Source: Candidatus Nanopusillus sp.
GTDB lineage: Archaea; Nanobdellota; Nanobdellia; Nanobdellales; Nanobdellaceae
Length of the DNA stretch: 32,000 bases
NCBI GenBank assembly: GCA_046533775.1
Contig: JAWDOO010000002.1
Location: forward strand, 60,001-92,000
Direction of reading: 5' to 3'
Part shown: positions 15,350 through 22,438 of the stretch, in pieces
How positions within the stretch are numbered: the first letter of the stretch is position 1
Layout of the letters: each line of letters starts with the position of its first letter
Made by a program: the position numbers and the translations under genes
Notes under the pieces: model-generated
Databases searched by the model: none
Told to the model about the DNA's origin: nothing
What the model saw: only the letters and a program-made list of their open reading frames with translations

Positions 15350-15723
15350 ATATTAAAAATTTCAATGTTTAATTCTTTTGCCTTATTTATTATTTGTTCT
15401 CTTTTTCTTTTTCCAACATTAGAAGCAATTATTGCACATTCTTTTTCTTTATCTATTTTTTCCAATTCCTCTATATTATGTACTAATACAGGTTTCTTAC
15501 CATTTGGTAATAGTCCTTTTACTTCTCTAGGAGAACCATATCCAACCTCTACCATAGAAACCCTACTTTTCAATTTCCTTCTTATCTTATTATGTATGCC
15601 TCTTGGTCTTCTCCAAGATTCTTTTTTATTTCTTAATTTTATTACTTTCCACCATTGAAATCTAAGATAATCTGGTTTTTTCCTCTTAATTATTTTTCTT
15701 AATTTTAATAATTTATTCATCAT
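15346..15723 (-). CDS. rpl32e: 50S ribosomal protein L32e (eL32)
   Basis: KPDYLRFQWWKVIKL..SWRRPRGIHNKIRRK..VEVGYGSPREVKGLLPNGKKPVLVHN matches the eL32 pattern. It lies downstream of rpl6, as in the conserved operon. Confidence 0.85.
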   Translation of the reverse strand: MMNKLLKLRKIIKRKKPDYLRFQWWKVIKLRNKKESWRRPRGIHNKIRRKLKSRVSMVEVGYGSPREVKGLLPNGKKPVLVHNIEELEKIDKEKECAIIASNVGKRKREQIINKAKELNIEIFNI

Positions 15724-16253
15724 GGTTTTTGGATAATATAAATTCCATCTTGGAACTTTCTTAAATCTTTTTCCTTTGGTTTTACTGAATTTTCTATTGA
15801 TCCTGCTAAATTTCCTAATAATTCTATATCATGTCCCTCTAATGTAATCTCATTTTCATTTAATGTAGCTTTTACTCCTTTAGGTATTTCTATTTCTTTT
15901 ATATCTCTTCCACCCATGTAATTTTCAATTATTAATTTATTATTTTGTAATTTTAATTTTAATGGAAAGTGTATTGAAATACCCTTTAATTTATATACAA
16001 AACCTTTTGTTACACCTTCAATATCGTTTTTTATATGCGCAATCATTGTATTCATATCTCTAATTATTTTCTTTGATGGAAAATATGCTTTAAATATTAT
16101 CTTATTTTCTTTTATTTCAATAATAATATTTCTATTGTTTATATTTCTATATTTTTCTCCTTTAGGTCCCTTTATATATATTTTTCCATCTTCTATTGAT
16201 ATATTTACACCATTTGGTATTTCTACATAATCTATCATAATTGGAAGTCTCAT
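15720..16253 (-). CDS. rpl6: 50S ribosomal protein L6 (uL6)
   Basis: VEIPNGVNISIEDGKIYIKGPKGE.. shows the duplicated uL6 fold pattern. It is 177 aa. Confidence 0.85.
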   Translation of the reverse strand: MRLPIMIDYVEIPNGVNISIEDGKIYIKGPKGEKYRNINNRNIIIEIKENKIIFKAYFPSKKIIRDMNTMIAHIKNDIEGVTKGFVYKLKGISIHFPLKLKLQNNKLIIENYMGGRDIKEIEIPKGVKATLNENEITLEGHDIELLGNLAGSIENSVKPKEKDLRKFQDGIYIIQKP

Positions 16254-16284
16254 CTTATCTTTATATTATAAAAAATATTAAAAA

Positions 16285-16815
16285 TTATTCTTTTACAATA
16301 TTTACACCAAAATTGTTTTTTAAATATTCTATAACTTCCTCTTTTGTAGTTCTATGTCTTTCAGGTATTTTTGACCTCTTAATTCTTCTATACATTACTC
16401 TATATCCAGGTCTCCTAACGGTTACTATAACATCCATACCATATATGCCAATTGATGGATCATATTTCATACCTGGTATCCATACATATTCTTTTATTCC
16501 AAATCCAAAGTTTCCATATTTATCAAATTGTGATTCTTTTAATGTATTATTTACTGCTTTTAACAACCATCTCAATGTTTCTTCAGCTTTTTTACCTCTT
16601 ATTGTTAATTTGACTCCAATTTCCAATCCTGGTCTAATTCCCCATGCTTGTACCCTTTTCTTTGCCTTTGTTCTAACAGGTTTGAGATCTGGAAACATCT
16701 TTTTTAATAATTTTTCCGCCTTTTCTAAAGGTTCACCAGGTTTACCCACCCCAATATTTATTGTTACTTTATCAATAATAATTCTCCTCATTATATTATT
16801 TTTATTTGAATTCAT
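16285..16815 (-). CDS. rpl5: 50S ribosomal protein L5 (uL5)
   Basis: IIIDKVTINIGVGKPGE..AWGIRPGLEIGVKLTIRGKKAEE..FGFGIKEY..PGMKYDPSIGIYGMDV matches the uL5 pattern. Confidence 0.9.
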   Translation of the reverse strand: MNSNKNNIMRRIIIDKVTINIGVGKPGEPLEKAEKLLKKMFPDLKPVRTKAKKRVQAWGIRPGLEIGVKLTIRGKKAEETLRWLLKAVNNTLKESQFDKYGNFGFGIKEYVWIPGMKYDPSIGIYGMDVIVTVRRPGYRVMYRRIKRSKIPERHRTTKEEVIEYLKNNFGVNIVKE

Positions 16816-17543
16816 CTTACAGTAATTAAAGGTTTATCTTCGCCTATTACAACCGAATAATCAAATATTGTTTCTTCTTTTTTGTTATTATCTATATTTA
16901 TATATTCTATAAATCTTGTATGTCCAAATGGTTTTCTAAATATTTTTATATTTTCTAATTTTCCAATTGTACTTACTTTTGCTCCATAGAATATGTATAT
17001 TAAATTTCCCTTATTCATTTTTATTATCTTTTCTATCTTATTTTCTTTTGTATTAAATAGTATACTATCTCCTGTTTTTATATCTTTATCATCAATTATA
17101 AAATTCCTTCCATCAATTCCAGTAACCTGTATTTTCCCCCCATTAACAAGATTTTTCCTCACAATTTTTATTATTTTCAAATCCTTTTCTTGTTCTGGAA
17201 TTTCAACCAATTTTAATTTTAAATTATTAGACATAACAACCCTATAATTTTTATTTAAATCTTTAATTGATATAACATCAAATAATCCAACATTATATCC
17301 CAAATCTTTTATCTTCTTATTATTTACCAAAACTTTTTCATTTTTTAATAGGTATTTTGCTTCCTTCTTATTTTTTACAATATTCAAATAATCCCTTAAC
17401 CATAATAATATTGGCATACCATATTCAAACTTATATCCATTTGTTTCTGGTCTAATAATCCAATAATATTTCTTTCTACTTATTGGCCATGTTTTTGGTA
17501 TTGTAATATTTCTTAAATGCCTTTTATTGGAAACATGAGCCAT
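16812..17543 (-). CDS. rps4e: 30S ribosomal protein S4e (eS4)
   Basis: HLRNITIPKTWPISRKKYYWIIRP..G.H....MPILLWLRDYL shows the eS4 N-terminal signature, followed by an S4 domain and a KOW-like domain. It is 243 aa. Confidence 0.9.
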   Translation of the reverse strand: MAHVSNKRHLRNITIPKTWPISRKKYYWIIRPETNGYKFEYGMPILLWLRDYLNIVKNKKEAKYLLKNEKVLVNNKKIKDLGYNVGLFDVISIKDLNKNYRVVMSNNLKLKLVEIPEQEKDLKIIKIVRKNLVNGGKIQVTGIDGRNFIIDDKDIKTGDSILFNTKENKIEKIIKMNKGNLIYIFYGAKVSTIGKLENIKIFRKPFGHTRFIEYINIDNNKKEETIFDYSVVIGEDKPLITVR

Positions 17544-17580
17544 TTTATTATTTTTTAATAACTATTTTTAAAATATTTTC

Positions 17581-18105
17581 TTATTTAAATTTTTTATTTA
17601 ATTCAATTACTTTTGCCAATTCATCTTCTTTTACTGAGAAATTATTTATCAATTGATTTATTAATTCTTCTATTTTATTTTCTTCAATATTTTTTGTCTT
17701 CATTTTTCTTTTTATAATTTCTATTCTTTTCTTATCCTTTAAATTCAACCTTAATATCAATAATTTTGAACTATGAATAGGTCTATAAACTTCTCTATTT
17801 GCCTTATTCGTAAATTTAGCATTATCTATATATACTTTATATCTTTTTCTATCTATATAGATTACAAATCCTTCAGTATTTCTATATTTACCTCTTAAAA
17901 TTTTAACATAATCTCCAACCCTTAAAGGTAAAGAATTTATTTTAATTAAATTTTTTATATCTTTTGATAACATTGAAGAAATTATTTTACCTCTAATATG
18001 TAAAGGTGCATTTATTATATATTTTCTCTGTTTTCTAGAACTTTTAGAAGATTTCCATGACGAGCTCCAATCTTTATAATCAATATTTTTTATTTTTAGA
18101 ACCAT
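17581..18105 (-). CDS. rpl24: 50S ribosomal protein L24 (uL24), with terminal extensions
   Basis: SSRKQRKYIINAPLHIRGKIISSMLSKDI and the KOW motif VGDYVKILRGKYRNTEGFV are present. At 174 aa it is longer than the ~120 aa typical of archaea, and the extra C-terminal ~45 aa form a K/E-rich helix. Confidence 0.85.
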   Translation of the reverse strand: MVLKIKNIDYKDWSSSWKSSKSSRKQRKYIINAPLHIRGKIISSMLSKDIKNLIKINSLPLRVGDYVKILRGKYRNTEGFVIYIDRKRYKVYIDNAKFTNKANREVYRPIHSSKLLILRLNLKDKKRIEIIKRKMKTKNIEENKIEELINQLINNFSVKEDELAKVIELNKKFK

Positions 18106-18106
18106 T

Positions 18107-18511
18107 TTATATAACTATACTTGCAATTTTTCCAATTTCTGGCCATCTTTCAACAACCTCTCTTGCTACTGGTCCTCTAATAATTGTACCTGCTGGTGTT
18201 CCTGTTTTTTCATCTTTTATAATTACACAAGCATTATCCTCAAACCTTATTCTTGTACCATCCTTTCTTCTATATTCTTTTCTTTGTCTAATTATAACAG
18301 CTTTCATAACCTTTCCAACTAATGATAAATCCCCGTCTATTATTGATACAGAAACCATATCAGCAACTCCTGCTTTAGCATATCTTCTCTTTACACCTTT
18401 ATATCCAACCACAGAAATCACCTTTGCTAATTTTGCCTTTGAATTATCTGCAACCTTTAAAATCGTACCAACAGTAATTCCCCTAGTTACTTTTGCACTA
18501 ATTGGTTTCAT
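18107..18511 (-). CDS. rpl14: 50S ribosomal protein L14 (uL14)
   Basis: KVADNSKAKLAKVISVVGYKG..RRYAKAGVADMVSVSI..KAVIIRQRKEYRRKDGTRIRFEDNACVII matches the uL14 pattern. Confidence 0.9.
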   Translation of the reverse strand: MKPISAKVTRGITVGTILKVADNSKAKLAKVISVVGYKGVKRRYAKAGVADMVSVSIIDGDLSLVGKVMKAVIIRQRKEYRRKDGTRIRFEDNACVIIKDEKTGTPAGTIIRGPVAREVVERWPEIGKIASIVI

Positions 18512-18843
18512 TTTTTACTAATTACAACAAAATTTATTGTTTTTGATATTGGCCTTGTCTCTCCAATAATAACTTCATCCCCTTCTTTTATATCTAAACA
18601 TTTTGGAACATGAGCTTTAATTTTTGATCTTTTTATCATATATCTTTCATATTTTGGAATATAATAATATCTATAAAATGTTATTAAAGCAATTCTTCTC
18701 CTAATTCTCTCAACTTTTCCTTCAAATAATAATCCTCTAATTCTTATTTCTCCATGCCATGGACACTTTTTATCATCACAAACTTTTTCAGGTGGATTTA
18801 TACCTTCAATTCCAATATCCTTAGCATAAGTCTTTTGTACCAT
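18508..18843 (-). CDS. rps17: 30S ribosomal protein S17 (uS17)
   Basis: CPWHGEIRIRG..FEGKV...R......T....YYIPKYERY..R.SKIKAH.P.CLDIKEGDEVIIGETRPISKT matches the archaeal uS17 pattern. Confidence 0.9.
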   Translation of the reverse strand: MVQKTYAKDIGIEGINPPEKVCDDKKCPWHGEIRIRGLLFEGKVERIRRRIALITFYRYYYIPKYERYMIKRSKIKAHVPKCLDIKEGDEVIIGETRPISKTINFVVISKK

Positions 18844-18886
18844 TTTATGATTAAATTATAAATAGATTTAAAAATAATATTTCTAG

Positions 18887-18943
18887 AAAGATGATGATGG
18901 ATCAACGATCTGAATAGTGATGATTGATGGGCAAACTGAAAAT
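18887..18943 (+). ncRNA. C/D-box sRNA (2'-O-methylation guide)
   Basis: The architecture is textbook. It runs C box ATGATGA (18891-18897), 12-nt guide TGGATCAACGAT, D' box CTGA (18910-18913) and 4-nt loop ATAG. It continues with C' box TGATGA (18918-18923), 12-nt guide TTGATGGGCAAA and D box CTGA (18936-18939). It lies in the 100-nt spacer between two minus-strand genes. An ATTATAAA box at 18855-18862 predicts a 5' end near 18887. Confidence 0.75.
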
Positions 18944-19876
18944 TTATAAAATTTTTAATAATATTTCTAATCCTTTTTCAATATAATCTTCGTTTATTTT
19001 ATCAATAGTATCTGCTTCTGAATGATAGAATTTTATCCAATCATTAGTAGATTCCGATATCTGTATAGATTTTTCATATAAATATTCTGACATTATTGGA
19101 AATGCTTCTTTAATATAATCTTTTGTTAATGTTGGCTTTGAATGTCCAAACATATCATATACAATAATCTTTTTGCTTTTTTCTAATATTTCTTTATATT
19201 CATATTCAAAAACTCTATAACCATATCCCCAATAATATGGTCTATCATATGATAATTCTTCACAACCTGAAAATACTATTAGATTTTCTTTAATATTTAT
19301 TTTATTATTTATTATTCCATATAATAAAGTTGCTGTTCCTGAAGAATTATCCAAAGCCCCATTAAATATTGTATCAAAATGTGTAAAAATTATATTTTTT
19401 GGATTTTCTATATTTCCAACTAATATATTTTCATTTTTTATTAACTTTCTTTTTACATTAACATAGACCTTTATTTCTTCTGAATTTATAACCTTAATTA
19501 AATCTGATTTTTTTATATTTATTACTGGAAAATCATAGAAAATTACCCCAGAAAATGCATCATAATACTGATTATAATTTATATGAGGTATATTTATTTC
19601 TTGATTTATATTTTGACTTGAATATATATTTTTCTCTTCAAAATATCCGGAAACAAAAGAATTTGGCTTTCCAATTATTTTTTCTCCATTATCTAAAATT
19701 ATATATGATCCTTCATCAAAAGGTATAGAAACATAAAAATATTGATCAAAAAAATCTATTCCAACTTTCTCTAAATTTTCTTTTATGTATTTAGATGTAT
19801 TATTTAGAGATTCTTCATTATTCCTTGGAGAAAACTTTTCCAAATCTTTAATTATATCTATTATTTTATATTCCAT
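18944..19876 (-). CDS. M28-family (aminopeptidase-like) zinc peptidase homolog
   Basis: IIFTHFDTIFNGALDNSSGTATLLYGI follows the M28 H.D....GA.DN.SG.A.LL motif. It is followed by FSGCEELS (E-E metal/catalytic pair position) and a late FYHSEADT (H..D). Confidence 0.55.
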   Translation of the reverse strand: MEYKIIDIIKDLEKFSPRNNEESLNNTSKYIKENLEKVGIDFFDQYFYVSIPFDEGSYIILDNGEKIIGKPNSFVSGYFEEKNIYSSQNINQEINIPHINYNQYYDAFSGVIFYDFPVINIKKSDLIKVINSEEIKVYVNVKRKLIKNENILVGNIENPKNIIFTHFDTIFNGALDNSSGTATLLYGIINNKINIKENLIVFSGCEELSYDRPYYWGYGYRVFEYEYKEILEKSKKIIVYDMFGHSKPTLTKDYIKEAFPIMSEYLYEKSIQISESTNDWIKFYHSEADTIDKINEDYIEKGLEILLKIL

Positions 19877-20915
19877 ATATATTTCTTATAGCATCTATAA
19901 TCTTCTTAATTTCATCTTTACCTATAAATTCTACATAACTATCTTCACTAATTATTTTTCTCTCTATTAGTTTTTTCTCATCTACTTCTAATAGTAGTAT
20001 ATCATAACCTGTTCCCTCCTTTGCTTTTCTATAGAATTCTCTTATCTTTTGATCTACTGATGATTTTCCAGGATCTTCTTCTAGTAATATATATCCACTT
20101 CCAGAATATAATGCTAAGGCTATATATGAGTTCATTTTCTCTTCTTTTTTATATTTTTCATTTTCTTCTTTATAAATATGACTTCCATCATATATTCTAA
20201 ACCTTAATTCTTTTTCTTTATATTTGAAAGTTAATTCATATCCAGATATATCAAATTCATCTCTATTTACTAACTTTATTTTATCTTTAAATTTATCTAT
20301 TTTATAATTATCAATTCCAAAAATATATCTAGATACTTCAACTATATAATATAATGTTGTTAATCCCCAAAAGTCTAATATATTTACTCTACCATCTTTT
20401 ACTTTTCCTTCATTTATTAAATAATTCAGAGATACTTTCATATATTTTAATTGTGTTTCTTCTATCATTTTACTTATTTTATTAACATCTAAATATATAT
20501 CGCCTATTCTACCATTATATTCTCTTAATTCTCTCATTGATTTAACTGCTGCTATAGGGTATTGCGATTTACTATATAATATTTGAGGTCTAACAAATAT
20601 TCTCTTTTCAATATTACTCCAAGAAAATTTATCATCTCCCCACTGTAGGATATCTAAAATTACATCTTTTACTTTATCTCCAAATTCATCCTTTATCTCT
20701 TTAGTATCTACTATCTTTTTAATATATAATAATGCTAATATTGTTTCTATATTGTATGGTGCTATTTGCCTTGCAAACATAAACTTTAAATCCTTTTTCT
20801 TTCCGTCTTCACCTAATTTTTGTAAAATCTCGTCTAAACTTATCTTCTCATATCCATAAAACTCCATTCCGTCCCCCCTCAGAATGGTACGAGTCCATGG
20901 TAATATAATTTTCAT
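19866..20915 (-). CDS. Hypothetical protein (349 aa from ATG 20915, or 333 aa from ATG 20867)
   Basis: Long clean ORF that overlaps the peptidase gene start by 11 nt. I recognise no motif. The first 16 codons cover a GC-rich hairpin island next to the 5S gene. The internal ATG at 20865-20867 is preceded by GAGGGGGG (SD-like), so the shorter form is at least as likely. Confidence 0.5.
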   Translation of the reverse strand: MKIILPWTRTILRGDGMEFYGYEKISLDEILQKLGEDGKKKDLKFMFARQIAPYNIETILALLYIKKIVDTKEIKDEFGDKVKDVILDILQWGDDKFSWSNIEKRIFVRPQILYSKSQYPIAAVKSMRELREYNGRIGDIYLDVNKISKMIEETQLKYMKVSLNYLINEGKVKDGRVNILDFWGLTTLYYIVEVSRYIFGIDNYKIDKFKDKIKLVNRDEFDISGYELTFKYKEKELRFRIYDGSHIYKEENEKYKKEEKMNSYIALALYSGSGYILLEEDPGKSSVDQKIREFYRKAKEGTGYDILLLEVDEKKLIERKIISEDSYVEFIGKDEIKKIIDAIRNIYGI

Positions 20916-20934
20916 AAAAATTTTTAAAAATTTT

Positions 20935-21049
20935 GTCGGGCGGCTTCCGTGCTTTCCCGGCCATTGCCAGTACTCACACGGACGTGGGCCGGCTTAACTT
21001 CCGTGTTCGAAATGGGTACGGGTGTTTCCCGGCCACTTTGGCCGCCCTA
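20935..21049 (-). rRNA. 5S rRNA (orphan; no 16S/23S in the window)
   Basis: The reverse complement reads GGGCGGCCAAAGUGGCCGGGAAACACCCGUACCCAUUUCGAACACGGAAGUUAAGCCGGCCCACGUCCGUGUGAGUACUGGCAAUGGCCGGGAAAGCACGGAAGCCGCCC. It has terminal helix I (GGGCGGC/GCCGCCC) and the conserved CGAAC..GGAAGUUAAGC and GUACUGG segments. It is very GC-rich in an AT-rich context. The ends are approximate (+/- 3 nt). Confidence 0.85.
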
Positions 21050-21070
21050 AAATTATCTTTAAAATAAATG

Positions 21071-21079
21071 TTTTTTAAA
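21071..21079 (-). promoter_or_regulatory. TATA box TTTAAAAAA, 32 to 24 nt upstream of the 5S rRNA 5' end
   Basis: The reverse complement of 21071-21079 is TTTAAAAAA. It overlaps the Rpp21 stop codon (21075-21077). The spacing is the same as for the mRNA and tRNA boxes. Confidence 0.4.
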
Positions 21080-21383
21080 CCTTTCTTATTATAAACCTCT
21101 TTACTCTATTACAATATAAACATTTATATATAATTCTACCCTTTCTTATCCTTATTTGTAATGTTTTTCCAACGATCCATGGGGTATAACATTTTTTACA
21201 AAATTTATTCCTCAATTCTTTGGGTAATTTTATTCTTGCCTTATTTTTTATCTTCCATAATATAAATATATATCTCCTAGCTAGATCAATGTTATCTATA
21301 TTTTCTATAGCTAATTTATACAATTCAAAAATTCTTCTTTTTGCTATATTTTTATAGGTTGTATTGTATTTCCTTTTCTTCAT
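21075..21383 (-). CDS. rnp4: RNase P protein component 4 (Rpp21/Rnp4)
   Basis: IAKRRIFELYKLAIEN..DLARRYIFILWKIKNKARIKLPKELRNKFCKKCYTPWIVGKTLQIRIRKGRIIYKCLYCNRVKRF shows helical N-terminal repeats plus the CxxC..CxxC zinc ribbon of Rpp21. I set the start at ATG 21383, because the ORF-track start at 21392 is a TTG. Confidence 0.7.
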   Translation of the reverse strand: MKKRKYNTTYKNIAKRRIFELYKLAIENIDNIDLARRYIFILWKIKNKARIKLPKELRNKFCKKCYTPWIVGKTLQIRIRKGRIIYKCLYCNRVKRFIIRKV

Positions 21384-21702
21384 TCTTATCAAGATTTTTT
21401 ACATAAAATATAATATTATCTCCCAAATGATGATTTATCTTTGGTATTAAAACTTCAATAGTTTCTTTCCTATATTTATCTATAGATATTATTATTGGAG
21501 AAATTAAATTATAACGCATTCTAAATTTTAATGCTTCATATTGATCTTCTATATTTATATATTTAGTTCCTATTTCAAATCTTCTAACATAGGGAGAATG
21601 ATTTTTAATTATAATTAAAACCTTCTTTTCATAAATTATATTATTTACATCAAAAGATGTTTTTATTTCTACATTCCATACATCTTTTAATTCTTCGCTC
21701 AT
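21352..21702 (-). CDS. Hypothetical protein (116 aa)
   Basis: ATG ORF coupled by an ATGA overlap to pth2 upstream and overlapping rnp4 downstream. I recognise no motif. Confidence 0.45.
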   Translation of the reverse strand: MSEELKDVWNVEIKTSFDVNNIIYEKKVLIIIKNHSPYVRRFEIGTKYINIEDQYEALKFRMRYNLISPIIISIDKYRKETIEVLIPKINHHLGDNIIFYVKNLDKNEEKEIQYNL

Positions 21703-22052
21703 AATAGTTTTAATGAACCAGTTACTTTATTAATCTTTTCTTCAATATCTGGGCCAATACCTATACAAGTAATGGTCCCTGGCTCTAACTGTGTTAATCC
21801 GGCATCTTTTATTAAAACAGTATTTAAATTTAATGATATAGATTGATTATATATACTCATTAATTCATCTAAACTTTTTACATATAAAACAATTTTCTTT
21901 GCACCTTCTTCTCTCCATTTTTTTACTATATCTTTATCCTTTTCTAATTGATTTAAAACAGCTTCAACGGCAGCATGAGCTACTTGAGCACATAATTTTC
22001 CCTTTCCAATATCTAAATCCTTTCTTACTACAATTACTAATTTATATACCAT
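21699..22052 (-). CDS. pth2: Peptidyl-tRNA hydrolase, archaeal type (Pth2)
   Basis: KLVIVVRKDLDIGKGKLCAQVAHAAVEA..KKWREEGAKKIVLYV..LIKDAGLTQLEPGTITCIGIGP is the canonical Pth2 sequence pattern. It is 117 aa. Confidence 0.88.
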   Translation of the reverse strand: MVYKLVIVVRKDLDIGKGKLCAQVAHAAVEAVLNQLEKDKDIVKKWREEGAKKIVLYVKSLDELMSIYNQSISLNLNTVLIKDAGLTQLEPGTITCIGIGPDIEEKINKVTGSLKLL

Positions 22053-22404
22053 CCAATTCCTTTAATTTTTCCAATAATAATTTATATCTATAATTATCTA
22101 TCTTTTCATTTATATATTCTTCATTTAATTTTTTGCTTATTTCACTTATCTTTTTATTTATCTCATCTAATAAATTATATATATTTTTTATATCATTTGA
22201 AATATTATTATACTTATCTTCTAACAAATTTAATCTATCTTCTATTTTCTTATTTTCTACTTTACTATTTTCAATTTCAGATTTTAATTTATCTATATCT
22301 TCTTTTATACTATCCAAATATTTTTTAAAACCAAATAGAACTTCATTATATTTTTCAAATTCTAGTAAATTGTTAATTATTTTATCATAATCTATATCAC
22401 TCAT
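22042..22404 (-). CDS. Hypothetical coiled-coil protein (120 aa)
   Basis: Heptad-like K/E/I/L/N-rich sequence throughout. It overlaps pth2 by 11 nt. Coding status is less certain in DNA this AT-rich. Confidence 0.4.
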   Translation of the reverse strand: MSDIDYDKIINNLLEFEKYNEVLFGFKKYLDSIKEDIDKLKSEIENSKVENKKIEDRLNLLEDKYNNISNDIKNIYNLLDEINKKISEISKKLNEEYINEKIDNYRYKLLLEKLKELDGI

Positions 22405-22438
22405 ATAATTTAATATTTTTTAAGTATTGATAAAAATT

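Noticed and set aside
16241-16825. 194-aa plus-strand ORF
   Set aside because: It is entirely antisense to the well-supported rpl5 gene. Its Phe/Leu/Ile/Ser-rich low-complexity translation is typical of the reverse strand of K/E-rich genes in AT-rich DNA.
18057-18521. 154-aa plus-strand ORF
   Set aside because: It is antisense to rpl14 and the start of rpl24, with a hydrophobic pseudo-protein composition and no motif. It is a shadow ORF.
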